This document shows, one piece after another, positions 1 to 9,882 of a stretch of 64,000 bases of DNA. Source of the stretch: Pseudomonadota bacterium (GTDB lineage Bacteria > Pseudomonadota > Gammaproteobacteria > CALCKW01); contig JBCCUP010000015.1 in the NCBI GenBank assembly GCA_039196715.1, forward strand, positions 4,292 to 68,291, in the 5' to 3' direction. The stretch's first letter is position 1, and each line of letters opens with the position of its first letter. Position numbers and translations under genes: made by a program. Below the pieces are notes generated by a model, which worked only from the letters and a program-made list of their open reading frames with translations, was not told where the DNA came from and did no database searches.

Positions 1-815
1 GAGCGGTTCCGTCGCAGCGATGAAATTGTTGATCGGCATGACCCGGGCGCTGACGTGCCTGTCGAGATCGCCGAGGTACCCGTTGCAGGCCAACACCAGG
101 TGACGGGCTTGCACCGTGCCGGTCGCGCTGCGCAGGCGCACGCCGGCGTGGGCGCGCTCGATCGCCTGCACACGGGTGCGCTCACGCACGCTCACGCCCG
201 CCGCGAGCGCAGCCCGCGCAAGGCCGAAGGCAAACTTCAGGGGGTGCAGGTGACCGGCCCCCCAATCGACGTAGCCACCGGCGTAGCGCGGCGAATCCAC
301 CCAGTCGCGTGACGCAGCTGGATCAACGGCTTCGACGGCGTCGTACCGGTAGGCCTTTCGCAGCGTATCAAGGTAGGCGTGCACCGCAGGCACCCCGTCG
401 GCGCGAAGCTGCGTGTAGTAGATCCCCGGCGTGTAGTCGCAGGCAATGTCGTGCGCGTGGATCAGGTCCTGCACCCGCTGTTTGGCGGCCTCGCCGATGT
501 CCCACAGCGCCCGCGCGTGCTCGACACCGAGCCAGCTCTCGAGTGTATTCTGGTCACAGCGCATGCCGCTGCCGACCTGGCCACCGTTGCGCCCCGAAGC
601 GCCCCAACCGACGCGGTGTGCATCGAGCACCACCACGGACCGCCCGGCCTCGGCGAGGTGCAACGCCGTCGAGAGGCCCGTGAAACCGGCCCCGACGACA
701 GCAACGTCGAAGCGGCCATCGCCCTCCGTCGGCGCGATCGCAGGCGGCTCGCCCGCACTGGCGGCGTACCAGGACGCCGGGTACGTGCCCGGGACGTCAT
801 TGGCGGTCAGGATGT
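1..815 (-). CDS. FAD-dependent oxidoreductase (PuuB/gamma-glutamylputrescine oxidase-like), truncated at window edge
   Basis: The minus-strand frame reads VDILTANDVPG...RFDVAVVGAGFTGLSTALHLAE, a dinucleotide-binding GxGxxG motif, near its N-terminus. A GTG start is likely around 813-815. It sits last in the polyamine operon. It is not in the ORF track because the frame runs off the window. Confidence 0.55.
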
Positions 816-892
816 CCACAGGTCCCCCGGTCCGGACAGACGCACACCGCGCGGACCTCGGCGCTGTGGCGCCGCGCGCGCGGCGCTCGACG

Positions 893-2272
893 TCACAACA
901 GCCCTTCGACGCGCAAGGTGTCCATGGCGTCGTCAAGACCGCGACGGGCACGCTCAACCAGGAGGTCGATCTCGGCACGGCTGATGATCAGCGGCGGCGA
1001 GATGATCATGGTGTCGGCGACGGCGCGCATCATCAAGCCGTGCGTCAAGCAATGCTCGCGCACGATCACACCGGCCCTGCCGGCCTCGCCGGCAAAGCGC
1101 GCGCGCATGGCCGGGTCCGGGCTGAGCTCGATTGCCCCGACCAGGCCACGGCTGCGGGCCTCGCCAATCAGCGGATGATCCGCAAGGGTGGCCCAACGCG
1201 TGTGGAGGTAGGGCGCGATGTCGTCGCGCACGCGCGTGACGATGCCCTCCTCGTCGAGGATGCGCAGGTTTTCGAGTGCGACGGCACACGCCACCGGGTG
1301 GCCAGAGTAGGTGTACCCGTGCGCGAGGTCGGTGGTGGCGAGCACCTCGGCAACCCGATCGTGGTAGATCGATGCGCCGATCGGCTGGTAGCCCGAGCTC
1401 AGGCCCTTGGCCGTCGTCATGATGTCGGCGTCGATGTCCATCGACTGGCACGCGAACCACTCGCCCGTGCGCCCGTAGCCGGTGATGACCTCGTCGGCGA
1501 TCAGCAGGATGTCGTGTGCCTTGCAGATGCGCTGAATCTCTGGCCAGTAGCTTTCGGGCGGTATGATCACGCCACCGGCACCCTGGATCGGTTCGGCGAT
1601 GAACGCCGCAACGCGGTCGGCGCCGAGTTCGAGGATCTTGGCCTCGAGCAGCCGTGCGCGTGCCAGCCCGAAGGCCTCCGGGTCGGTGTCCCCACCCTCG
1701 CCGTACCAGTAGGGCTGATCGATGTGCACGATGTCGGGAATCGGCAACCCCCCTTGTGCGTGCATTGGCTTCATGCCGCCGAGGCTCGCCGCGGCCATGG
1801 TGGAGCCGTGGTAGGCGTTCTTGCGCGCAATGACGACGGTTTTCTGCGGCTTGCCAAGCGTCGCCCAGTAGGTTCTCGCGAGCCGGAGGTTGGTGTCGTT
1901 TGCGTCCGACCCCGAGCCGTTGAAGAACACCTGGTTGAAGCCCTCGGGCGCAAGTTCGGCCAGCCGGGCGGCCAGCGACAGCACCGGTGGGTGGGTGGTC
2001 TGAAAAAACGTGTTGTAGTACGGCAACTCGCGCATCTGCCGGGCTGCGACGTCGGCCAATTCGGCGCGGCCGTAGCCGATGTTCACGCACCAGAGCCCGG
2101 CCATGGCGTCGAGGATCTGCTCGCCTTCACTGTCCCAGACAAAGACGCCGTCGGCACGCGTGATCACACGTGCGCCCTTCTCGGCGAGCTGGGTCCCGTT
2201 GCTGAACGGGTGAATGTGGTGCGCAGCGTCGAGCGCTTGCATGTGTTCGGTGGTGGGGTGGTTGCTCAACAT
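893..2272 (-). CDS. class III (omega) aminotransferase, putrescine/beta-alanine-pyruvate aminotransferase-like
   Basis: 459-aa ORF with the acetylornithine/omega-aminotransferase fold: PLP lysine region ADEVITGYGRTGEWFA...MTTAKGLSSGY and N-terminal HIHPFS. Adjacent to the glutamylpolyamine synthetase. Confidence 0.85.
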   Translation of the reverse strand: MLSNHPTTEHMQALDAAHHIHPFSNGTQLAEKGARVITRADGVFVWDSEGEQILDAMAGLWCVNIGYGRAELADVAARQMRELPYYNTFFQTTHPPVLSLAARLAELAPEGFNQVFFNGSGSDANDTNLRLARTYWATLGKPQKTVVIARKNAYHGSTMAAASLGGMKPMHAQGGLPIPDIVHIDQPYWYGEGGDTDPEAFGLARARLLEAKILELGADRVAAFIAEPIQGAGGVIIPPESYWPEIQRICKAHDILLIADEVITGYGRTGEWFACQSMDIDADIMTTAKGLSSGYQPIGASIYHDRVAEVLATTDLAHGYTYSGHPVACAVALENLRILDEEGIVTRVRDDIAPYLHTRWATLADHPLIGEARSRGLVGAIELSPDPAMRARFAGEAGRAGVIVREHCLTHGLMMRAVADTMIISPPLIISRAEIDLLVERARRGLDDAMDTLRVEGLL

Positions 2273-2306
2273 GGCGGTGCTCTCCGAGATCCGTGGGGCG
2301 GGTCGA

Positions 2307-3689
2307 CTAGACGTTCAGCAACAGGTGCTGACGTTCCCAGGGGCTGATGACTTGCTGAAATTCGTCGATTTCAAAGCGTTTGATCGTCTTGTAGACGCTG
2401 CAGAATTCCTCGCCCAGCACCGCTTCCATCGCCGGCGCAGCTTCGAACAGGTCGAGCGCCGAGCTCAGATCCCAGGGCAAGGTGCGCGACTCCATGCGGT
2501 CACGGGCACTGGCACTCATGGCGGCGGTAGGACGGAGCCCGTCGACCATGCCGAGGTAGCCACTGGCGAGGCTGGCGGCAATGGCAAGGTAGGGATTTGC
2601 ATCCATGCCGACCACGCGGTTCTCGACGCGCCGGGAGGCCGCCGACGCGTTTGGAACACGCAGGCCGGCCGCGCGGTTATCGACACCCCATTCGAGGTTG
2701 ACCGGCGCTGATTCTCCGGCAACAAAGCGGCGGTAGGAATTGACGTAGGGCGCGAGGATGCACACGACCGATGGCAGGTGCACCTGCTGACCAGCCAGGA
2801 AACCGTCGAAGAGCGCCGACGCGCTGCCGTCGGCGTTGGAGAACACCGTCTCACCGGAGTGCGCGTCCACCACGCTCTGGTGGATGTGCATCGCACTGCC
2901 CGGCTCGTTCTGCATCGGCTTCGCCATGAACGTGGCGTAGCAGTCGTTGCGCAGGGCCGCTTCGCGGATGGTGCGCTTGAGCAGGAAGACCTGATCCGCC
3001 AGACGCAGCGGGTTCCCGTGTTGCAAATTGATTTCGATCTGACCGGCACCCCCCTCCTGGATGATGGTGTCGAGCTCAAACCCTTGCGCTTCGGCGAAGT
3101 CGTAGATGTGGTCGATCACGACGCCGTACTCGTCCACCGCACTCATGCTGTAGGCCTGGCGACCAATACCGCTGCGGCCCGTGCGGCCGATCGGGGGCTC
3201 GATCGGAATATCGGGGTCAGGGTTGGGTTTGGTCAGGTAGAACTCCATTTCGGGCGCGACAACAGGCCGCCAGCCCCGATCGGCGTAGAGCGCGAGCACG
3301 CGTTTGAGCACGTTGCGCGGCGCCAGCGGCAAGGGCTCGCCGTCCAGAGACTGAATGTCGTGGATCACCTGGAGCGTCACGTCACCGGTCCACGGAACCG
3401 CCGTCGCTGCGCTGTAGTCCGGCACCAGTACCATGTCCGCTTCGGTCCAGTAGTCGTCGCGCTCGAAATGCGCGTACTCGCCGGTGATGGTCTGAAAAAA
3501 CAGCGATATCGGCAGGTAGAGCTTGTCCGAACGGAAGAACTTGTTCGCCGGCATTGCCTTGCCGCGCGCGATGCCCGCCAGGTCGGGGATGATGCACTCG
3601 ACTTCGTCGAGCACACGCCCACCCAACCAGTCGCGAAACGCATCCGGTAAGCGGTCGATCACCGGCACCTCGGGCACAGCCATAGTCAA
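2307..3689 (-). CDS. glutamine synthetase family protein, gamma-glutamylpolyamine synthetase (PuuA/PauA-like)
   Basis: 460-aa ORF with a GS catalytic domain (EFYL, NEPGSAMHIHQS, LRVP motifs). The polyamine context supports the PuuA-type assignment. Confidence 0.85.
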   Translation of the reverse strand: MTMAVPEVPVIDRLPDAFRDWLGGRVLDEVECIIPDLAGIARGKAMPANKFFRSDKLYLPISLFFQTITGEYAHFERDDYWTEADMVLVPDYSAATAVPWTGDVTLQVIHDIQSLDGEPLPLAPRNVLKRVLALYADRGWRPVVAPEMEFYLTKPNPDPDIPIEPPIGRTGRSGIGRQAYSMSAVDEYGVVIDHIYDFAEAQGFELDTIIQEGGAGQIEINLQHGNPLRLADQVFLLKRTIREAALRNDCYATFMAKPMQNEPGSAMHIHQSVVDAHSGETVFSNADGSASALFDGFLAGQQVHLPSVVCILAPYVNSYRRFVAGESAPVNLEWGVDNRAAGLRVPNASAASRRVENRVVGMDANPYLAIAASLASGYLGMVDGLRPTAAMSASARDRMESRTLPWDLSSALDLFEAAPAMEAVLGEEFCSVYKTIKRFEIDEFQQVISPWERQHLLLNV

Positions 3690-3708
3690 TCCTGTTCGGT
3701 TCGGAGGG

Positions 3709-4686
3709 TTAGAGTCGTCCGACGCGGTGGGGGGTGGCGCCGTTCGCCAAGGCGAGCTGAACCAGCCACTCGGTGGCCAGGCTGGCCGCGGCGATTGCCG
3801 TGATCTCGGCGTGGTCGTAGGGCGGCGACACCTCGACCAGGTCCATACCGACCAGGTTCAGTCCCGCGAGGCCGCGGATCAATTCGAGCGCCTGCCAACT
3901 CGCGAGCCCGCCACTGACCGGTGTACCGGTTCCCGGCGCAAAGGCCGGATCCAGTGAATCGATGTCGAAGGACAGGTACACCGGCGCGTCACCCGCGCGT
4001 TCGCGGATGACGTCGAGCGCCGCGTCGATGCCGTTGCGGTGCACCCAGGGACTGGTGAGAATCTCGAAACCGTGGTCGCTGTCGTTCTGGGTGCGCAAAC
4101 CCACTTGTGTGCTGCGCGCAACGTCGATGGTGCCTTCGCGGGCTGCTCGCAGGAACATGTTGCCGTGGTTGATTTCGCCTTCATCCTCCGGCCAGGTGTC
4201 GCAGTGTGCGTCCACCTGCAACAACGCCACCGGGCCATGGCGCTCGGCGTGGGCCTTGAGCAGCGGGTAGCTGACGAAGTGGTCTCCGCCAAAGGTCAGC
4301 ATCTTCGCGCCGCTGGCGAGCAGCGTACGGGCGTGCGCGGTGATCGCCTCGGTGACCGAGCCAGGCTCGTGCGGGTTCACGAAGCAGTCGCCCCAGTCCA
4401 CCATCGAGAGGCTCTCCTCAAGCACGATGCCCGACGGAAAGCTCGCGAGTTCGGCGAGTTGCACCGAGGCTGCGCGAATCGCCCGCGGACCCAGGCGGCA
4501 CCCCGGCCGGTAGGTCGTCGCGCAGTCGAAGGGCACGCCACTGATAACCACGTCCACGCCATCAAGTTCACGGGAATACCGGCGGCGCAAGAAGCTCAGC
4601 GCCCCGCCGTAGGTCATTTCGCGCCACTTCACGGCGTTTTTGTCCGCGAGAAAGGCCTGGTCACCGGTGTCGGAGGTCGTTGTCAC
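3709..4686 (-). CDS. arginase-family ureohydrolase (agmatinase / guanidino-acid hydrolase)
   Basis: 325 aa with the Mn-binding motifs GGDHFVSYP, DAHCD and SFDIDSLDPAFAPGTGTP typical of agmatinase/GbuA. Confidence 0.8.
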   Translation of the reverse strand: MTTTSDTGDQAFLADKNAVKWREMTYGGALSFLRRRYSRELDGVDVVISGVPFDCATTYRPGCRLGPRAIRAASVQLAELASFPSGIVLEESLSMVDWGDCFVNPHEPGSVTEAITAHARTLLASGAKMLTFGGDHFVSYPLLKAHAERHGPVALLQVDAHCDTWPEDEGEINHGNMFLRAAREGTIDVARSTQVGLRTQNDSDHGFEILTSPWVHRNGIDAALDVIRERAGDAPVYLSFDIDSLDPAFAPGTGTPVSGGLASWQALELIRGLAGLNLVGMDLVEVSPPYDHAEITAIAAASLATEWLVQLALANGATPHRVGRL

Positions 4687-4687
4687 A

Positions 4688-5497
4688 TCAGTTGTCCTGT
4701 CGCGCGCCGGCGCGACGGTTCATGATCCACAGACTGCCGAGCACCCCGACCGACACGACCGCAATCATCAGCGTCGCCAGCGCGTTGATGTCGGGGCTGA
4801 CGCCCAGGCGCACCTTGGAGAAAATCACCATCGGCAAGGTGCTCGACCCCGGCCCGGACACGAAACTCGCGATCACCAGATCGTCGAGCGACAGCGTGAA
4901 CGCGAGCAACCATCCGGACACCAGCGCCGGGGCGATGGTCGGCAGCGTGATGTCGAAAAAGACGCGCACCGGCGTCGCTCCGAGGTCGAGCGCCGCCTCT
5001 TCGGTGGAGCGGTCCATGTCCACCAGGCGCGACTGCACCACGACGGCGATGTAGGCCATGCAGAAGGTCGTGTGGGCAATGATGATGGTGGTCAGGCCGC
5101 GACCCGCCGGCCAGCCGAAAGTCAGCTCCATCGAGACGAACAACAGCAGCAGCGACAAGCCGGTGATGACTTCAGGCATGACGAGCGGCGCGGTGGTCAT
5201 GCCGTTGAACAGTGTGCGGCCGGCGAAACGGCCGAAGCGCACGAGCACCAGCGCGGCCAGCGTGCCCAACACCAGCGCCAGCGAGGCACTGATCGTGGCG
5301 ATCTTCAGGCTGACCCAGGCCGCTTGAAGAATCTGCGGGTCGCGAAACAGCTCGCCGTACCATTTGGTCGAGAAGCGGCTCCAGACGGTCACGAGGCGGG
5401 ATTCGTTGAAGCTGTAGATCACCAGCGACACGATCGGCAGGTACAGAAAGGCAAAGCCCAGCACCGCCGCACTCGACACCCACACGCTGCGCTTCAT
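4688..5497 (-). CDS. polyamine ABC transporter permease (PotI/PotC-like)
   Basis: 269-aa multi-TM ORF with an EAA-like loop (EAALDLGATP). Its start overlaps the upstream permease stop. Confidence 0.8.
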   Translation of the reverse strand: MKRSVWVSSAAVLGFAFLYLPIVSLVIYSFNESRLVTVWSRFSTKWYGELFRDPQILQAAWVSLKIATISASLALVLGTLAALVLVRFGRFAGRTLFNGMTTAPLVMPEVITGLSLLLLFVSMELTFGWPAGRGLTTIIIAHTTFCMAYIAVVVQSRLVDMDRSTEEAALDLGATPVRVFFDITLPTIAPALVSGWLLAFTLSLDDLVIASFVSGPGSSTLPMVIFSKVRLGVSPDINALATLMIAVVSVGVLGSLWIMNRRAGARQDN

Positions 5498-6387
5498 ACC
5501 TCACGCTCCGCCGCGCTCTGCGCGTTGCGCAGCAACATGATCGGCAACACCAGAATCACCAGCATGACCATCGCCACGGCCGACGCCACCGGCCAATCGC
5601 GGTTGTTGAAGAACTCGGTCCAGAGCACCTTGCCGATCATCAGGGTGTCGGCACCGCCGAGCAGCGCGGGAATCACGAATTCGCCGACAGCGGGAATGAA
5701 CACCAACAGGCAGCCCGCCAGCATGCCGGGCAGCGACAGCGGCAAGGTCACCGTCAGGAAGGTTTGCCAGGGCCGGGCACCGAGGTCTTCCGCGGCTTCG
5801 AACAGCGCGTTGTCGAGCTTCACCAGGTTGGCGTAGAGCGGCAGAACCAGGAACGGCAGGTAGGTGTAGACGATGCCGAGGTAAACGGCAAAGTCGGTCT
5901 GCAACATCGGGATAGGCTCGTCGATGAGGCCGATCCCCATGAGCATATTGTTGATGACGCCGTTCGGTTTCAGCAGACCGATCCACGCGTACACGCGCAA
6001 CAGGAAACTGGTCCAGAATGGCAGAATCACCAGCGTCAGCAGGAGGTTGCGGCGATCCGGGCGGGCGCGCGCGATGAACCAGGCCATCGGGTAACCGACC
6101 ACCAGGCAAACCAACGCCGACACCGAGGCGATGCGCAACGACTCGACAAAGGCGTTGAGGTAGAGTGTGTCCTCGATCAGGTAGCGGTAGTTGCCGATGT
6201 TGAGCGTGACGGTCAGGTAGTCCTCGTCCCATTCCCAGAGCGGCAGGTACGGCGGTCGCGCTATTGCAGCTTCGGACAGCGAAAGTTTGGCGACCACCAG
6301 AAAGGGCACGAGGAAAAAGACCAGCAACCACAGGCCCGGCACCGCCGCCACCCAGCGCCGGCCGCTGGAGCCGATCAGCCACTTCAC
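5494..6387 (-). CDS. polyamine ABC transporter permease (PotH/PotB-like)
   Basis: 297-aa multi-TM ORF with an EAAEDLGA loop, overlapping the neighbouring ABC genes. Confidence 0.8.
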   Translation of the reverse strand: MKWLIGSSGRRWVAAVPGLWLLVFFLVPFLVVAKLSLSEAAIARPPYLPLWEWDEDYLTVTLNIGNYRYLIEDTLYLNAFVESLRIASVSALVCLVVGYPMAWFIARARPDRRNLLLTLVILPFWTSFLLRVYAWIGLLKPNGVINNMLMGIGLIDEPIPMLQTDFAVYLGIVYTYLPFLVLPLYANLVKLDNALFEAAEDLGARPWQTFLTVTLPLSLPGMLAGCLLVFIPAVGEFVIPALLGGADTLMIGKVLWTEFFNNRDWPVASAVAMVMLVILVLPIMLLRNAQSAAEREV

Positions 6388-7586
6388 GAGGGCAGCACCA
6401 CACCGGCCGTGTCACCCCAGCTGAGGTAGACGGTTTCATCCCAGGACACCGGGTGCGCGTCATCGCGGTCGAGGTTGGGCTGGGTCACGTGCAGCAGCTT
6501 TCCCGACGCCAGTCGCACCCGCAACACAGACGACCCGCCCATGTAGGCGATCTCGTCGACCACCCCCTGGAGGACGTTGTGCGCTTGCGGCGGCGGCGTT
6601 GTCGACACCCGCATCTTCTCCGGCCGCAGCGCCAGCCACATGCGTTGACCCAGCGTGCAGCTCACCCCGTGGCCGACATAGACCTCGGCACCGATCTCGG
6701 CGCAATCGAGCCGCATGTGCGATTCACCGTCTTCGCTGACCACCCCCTCGAAGAGATTGACCGAGCCGATGAAGTCGGCCACGAAGCGCGAGTTCGGGTA
6801 TTCGTAGACTTCGCGCGGCGTCGCCACCTGCACGATTTCGCCGTCGCGCATGACACCGATGCGCGTGGCCAGGGTCATCGCCTCTTCCTGGTCGTGGGTC
6901 ACGACAATGAAGGTGACACCGGTTTCCTCCTGGATTTTCATCAACTCGAACTGCGTCTCTTCACGCAGCTTTTTGTCGAGCGCACCGAGTGGTTCGTCGA
7001 GCAGGAGCAGTTTCGGGCCTTTGGCGAGCGCGCGTGCGAGTGCGACCCGCTGCCGCTGGCCGCCGGAGAGTTGATCGGGCTTGCGTTTGGCAAAGTCGCC
7101 GAGCTGCACCATGTTGAGCAACTGCTCGACCCGTTGGGCGATCTCTGCCCGCGGCAGTTTGTCCCGCTTCAGGCCGTAGGCGATGTTGTCGGCCACCGTC
7201 ATGTGCGGAAACAGCGCGTAGGATTGGAACATCATGTTGACGGGCCGCCGGTAGGGCGGCACGCCTGCCATGTCCTGGCCGTCGATCTCGATGCTGCCGG
7301 CGCTCGTCGCTTCGAAGCCGGCCAACATGCGCAGCAGGGTGGACTTGCCCGAGCCGCTGCCGCCGAGCAGGCAGAACAACTCGCCGCGGTAGATGTCGAG
7401 CGACACCTTGTCGACCGCCGCAACGGCGCCGAACTGTTTGCTGACACCCTTGATGCGCAGGAAGGGTTTTGCGCCTGGATCGCGCCAGGGCTGATCGTCT
7501 GACACCGTCACGCGACGCTCCTCGGTATGACTGCCGGGCGTTGCGCCCGGCAGGGGCAGTGCGCCGCGGCTAGCGCGCCACGGCAC
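6384..7586 (-). CDS. polyamine ABC transporter ATP-binding protein (PotG/PotA-like)
   Basis: Walker A GGSGSGKST, signature LSGGQRQR, Walker B LLLLDEP, and a C-terminal TOBE-like domain. The true start may be internal (about 20-40 aa shorter). Confidence 0.85.
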   Translation of the reverse strand: MPWRASRGALPLPGATPGSHTEERRVTVSDDQPWRDPGAKPFLRIKGVSKQFGAVAAVDKVSLDIYRGELFCLLGGSGSGKSTLLRMLAGFEATSAGSIEIDGQDMAGVPPYRRPVNMMFQSYALFPHMTVADNIAYGLKRDKLPRAEIAQRVEQLLNMVQLGDFAKRKPDQLSGGQRQRVALARALAKGPKLLLLDEPLGALDKKLREETQFELMKIQEETGVTFIVVTHDQEEAMTLATRIGVMRDGEIVQVATPREVYEYPNSRFVADFIGSVNLFEGVVSEDGESHMRLDCAEIGAEVYVGHGVSCTLGQRMWLALRPEKMRVSTTPPPQAHNVLQGVVDEIAYMGGSSVLRVRLASGKLLHVTQPNLDRDDAHPVSWDETVYLSWGDTAGVVLPS

Positions 7587-7601
7587 CCGGGTGAGCGAGG
7601 C

Positions 7602-8687
7602 TCACTGGCCGGTCTTGACCTTGGTCCAGAGGCGCGTAACCGTGCGGTCCTGCCGCGCGTTGTAGACCTTCGAGGCCCAGAGGTTCTGCTTGGCGGCGTC
7701 GGTCGGGAAGATGCCCGGGTCGGAGGTGATCTCTTCGTCGACCAGCGGCATCGACGCCGCGTTGCCGTTGGCATACCAGACGTAGTTGGTGATGTCGGCC
7801 GTGATCTGTGCGTCCATGACGAAATCGATGAACTTGTGCGCCGCATCGGGGTTGGGCGCGTCAACCGGGATGGCCATGGTGTCGAACCACTGCAAAGCGC
7901 CCTCTTTCGGGATCACGTAGCTTACCGCGACGCCGTTCTCGGCTTCGTCCGCGCGGTCGCGCGCCTGGAAAATGTCACCCGACCAACCGACTGACACGCA
8001 CACATCGCCGTTGGCGAGGTCGGAGATGTATTGAGAGGAGTGGAAGTAGCGGATGTACGGGCGAACCGCCAGCAGCAGGTCGGCGCCGGCTTCGAAGTCG
8101 CGCTTCTCGGTGGAGCGCGGGTCGAGCCCGAGGTAGTTCATCGCCGCCGGCAAGAGCTCGGTGGGCGCGTCAAGCACACTGATACCGCAGTCGGCCAGCT
8201 TGGCTGCGATGGCCGGATCGAACACGAGCGACCAGCTGTCGGTCGGCGCATCCTCACCGAGGCGCTCCTGAATCATGTCGACGTTGTAGCCGATGCCGGT
8301 GGTACCCCACATGTAAATCACCGCGTGGGCGTTGTCGGCGTCATAGCCGGCCAGGCCGTCCATGAGCGCCGTGTCCATGTTCTTCAGGTTGGGCAGTTTG
8401 TTCTTGTCGAGCGGCTGGTAAGCGCCCGCAGCAATCTGACGCTGCAGGAAATCCGAGGTGGGTACAACCACGTCGTAGCCCGAATTGCCCGCCAGCATCT
8501 TCGCTTCGAGCACCTCGTTGGAATCGTACACGTCGTAGTTGACTTCGATGCCCGTGGCGGCGGTGAACTTCTCCAGCGTGTCTTCGGCGATGTAGTCGGA
8601 CCAGTTGTAGACATTGAGCGTTTCGGCGGAGGCCGCCGACGCCAACAGGGCGGTGGCAACCAGGGCGGCTGACGGGGAAAGGGTCAT
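7602..8687 (-). CDS. putrescine/spermidine-binding periplasmic protein (PotF/PotD-like)
   Basis: 361 aa with an N-terminal signal peptide (MTLSPSAALVATALLASAASA), followed by the characteristic LNVYNWSDYI. Confidence 0.85.
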   Translation of the reverse strand: MTLSPSAALVATALLASAASAETLNVYNWSDYIAEDTLEKFTAATGIEVNYDVYDSNEVLEAKMLAGNSGYDVVVPTSDFLQRQIAAGAYQPLDKNKLPNLKNMDTALMDGLAGYDADNAHAVIYMWGTTGIGYNVDMIQERLGEDAPTDSWSLVFDPAIAAKLADCGISVLDAPTELLPAAMNYLGLDPRSTEKRDFEAGADLLLAVRPYIRYFHSSQYISDLANGDVCVSVGWSGDIFQARDRADEAENGVAVSYVIPKEGALQWFDTMAIPVDAPNPDAAHKFIDFVMDAQITADITNYVWYANGNAASMPLVDEEITSDPGIFPTDAAKQNLWASKVYNARQDRTVTRLWTKVKTGQ

Positions 8688-8737
8688 GGACTCACTCCAA
8701 GGTTTTGATGTTCAACACGGGCGCAGCGGCCGGCGTT

Positions 8738-8749
8738 TTGTGATCACAA
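8738..8749. promoter_or_regulatory. perfect 12-bp palindrome TTGTGATCACAA in divergent promoter region (candidate GntR/FadR-type operator)
   Basis: The sequence is its own reverse complement and lies between the start of the polyamine operon (8687) and the GntR regulator gene (8775). FadR-subfamily operators are typically GT-Nx-AC palindromes. Confidence 0.3.
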
Positions 8750-8774
8750 TTTTCCGAAGCATATCACATCGTGT

Positions 8775-9485
8775 ATGGTGTGCCTGCCCCGGATCCGGCC
8801 CGAACCTTACCCCACCGTGAACACGCACGCACCTGCCACCGACACGACCGCACACGCCCAGGCCTACGCACGCCTGCGTCACCGTGTGCTGGTGGGCGAT
8901 CTGGCGCCCGGCGAGAAGCTCACACTGCGCGGACTCGCCGCGGAGTTGGGGCTGTCAGCCACGCCGGTTCGCGAGGCGTTGCGCCGGCTGGCTGCCGAGG
9001 GCGCACTGAGGGTGCTCGAGAACCGTCGGGTGCAGGTGCCGAAGCCGACAGCTGCGCAGCTGATCGAGTTGGTGCACCTGCGCTGCGCGCTGGAAACGCA
9101 CCTGGCGGCGCGTGCCCTGCCCTTCGTCAACGACCACCTGATCGCGCACATGCGGGACACGGACGACCGAATCGACACGGCGCTGGCGAGCCGTGACTAC
9201 GCCGACGCCGTGTTGCTGAACCAGCGCTTTCACACGCTGCTCTTCACCGCCAACCCGCTGGGCGTGGGACTGCCGTTGGTGGAGAGCCTGTGGTTGCAGC
9301 TCGGGCCCTGCATGCGCATTGCCGCGGGTCGCGTCGACGCGCTCTACCCGGAAGACCACCACAAACGTCTGCTGCTGGCGCTGGAGGCGCGTGACAGCAC
9401 GGCCGTTCAGCGGGTGCTGATACAGGACATCCAGGCCGGTTTTGGAGAGCTCAGCGAGGTCGCCCTGCAGGCCGTGCTGGCCTGA
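8775..9485 (+). CDS. GntR-family transcriptional regulator (FadR-like, FCD C-terminal domain)
   Basis: Winged-HTH region LAPGEKLTLRGLAAELGLSATPVREALRRLAAEGAL followed by an all-helical effector domain. The start is uncertain; a GTG at about 8817 is possible. Confidence 0.75.
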   Translation: MVCLPRIRPEPYPTVNTHAPATDTTAHAQAYARLRHRVLVGDLAPGEKLTLRGLAAELGLSATPVREALRRLAAEGALRVLENRRVQVPKPTAAQLIELVHLRCALETHLAARALPFVNDHLIAHMRDTDDRIDTALASRDYADAVLLNQRFHTLLFTANPLGVGLPLVESLWLQLGPCMRIAAGRVDALYPEDHHKRLLLALEARDSTAVQRVLIQDIQAGFGELSEVALQAVLA

Positions 9486-9519
9486 GAGGGCGGCCCGTGA
9501 ATCGGTGCCTGTTGGACTG

Positions 9520-9768
9520 TCAGCCAGCGAGAGGGAAGGGCGTGTTGCCCGGAGGCACCGCGTGGAGGGCTTCGCCGACGTACTCGGCGTCGATCTGACT
9601 CACCGTTTTTTCGGCCAGAGTCAGGCAGTTACAGCATTTGGGGCACTTCCCCAGCTCGCCGTACACGCGGCGAGCGCACACGTCGGCGGCGGGACACCTG
9701 GACTTCAGACACGCCACGGCACCCCGAAGATCGGCGTCGGAGATACGGTTGCAGTGGCAAATGATCAT
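9520..9768 (-). CDS. bfd: bacterioferritin-associated ferredoxin (Bfd, 2Fe-2S)
   Basis: MIICHCNRISDADLRGAV plus downstream Cys pairs (CPKCCNC). The start is set at the internal ATG (9766-9768) rather than the extended ORF start. Confidence 0.7.
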   Translation of the reverse strand: MIICHCNRISDADLRGAVACLKSRCPAADVCARRVYGELGKCPKCCNCLTLAEKTVSQIDAEYVGEALHAVPPGNTPFPLAG

Positions 9769-9825
9769 GGTGCCCGCACTGGACGAGAACAGTACGAGCA
9801 CTATAGCAAAACAAGAACCAACAGC

Positions 9826-9848
9826 AAATGCGAATCATTCTTGAGAAT
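9826..9848. promoter_or_regulatory. Fur-box-like motif AAATGCGAATCATTCTTGAGAAT upstream of bfd
   Basis: About 12/16 match to the canonical Fur box core AATGATAATCATTATC. The AAATGCGAATC core is repeated upstream of bfr (10462-10485). Confidence 0.3.
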
Positions 9849-9882
9849 CTGGGCGCCGATGGACGGCCACCTGCAGCGTGCT

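Noticed and set aside
446-2347. 633-aa plus-strand ORF overlapping the aminotransferase and oxidase genes
   Set aside because: It is antisense to well-supported minus-strand genes and its translation is Arg/Ala/Gly-rich with no recognisable domain. This is a typical high-GC antisense artefact. The same applies to 9442..10461, 13526..14104, 14621..15997, 24068..25165, 25869..26933, 32239..33519, 41959..44232, 49207..50421, 51260..52273, 53634..55574, 61690..62580 and 62866..63843.
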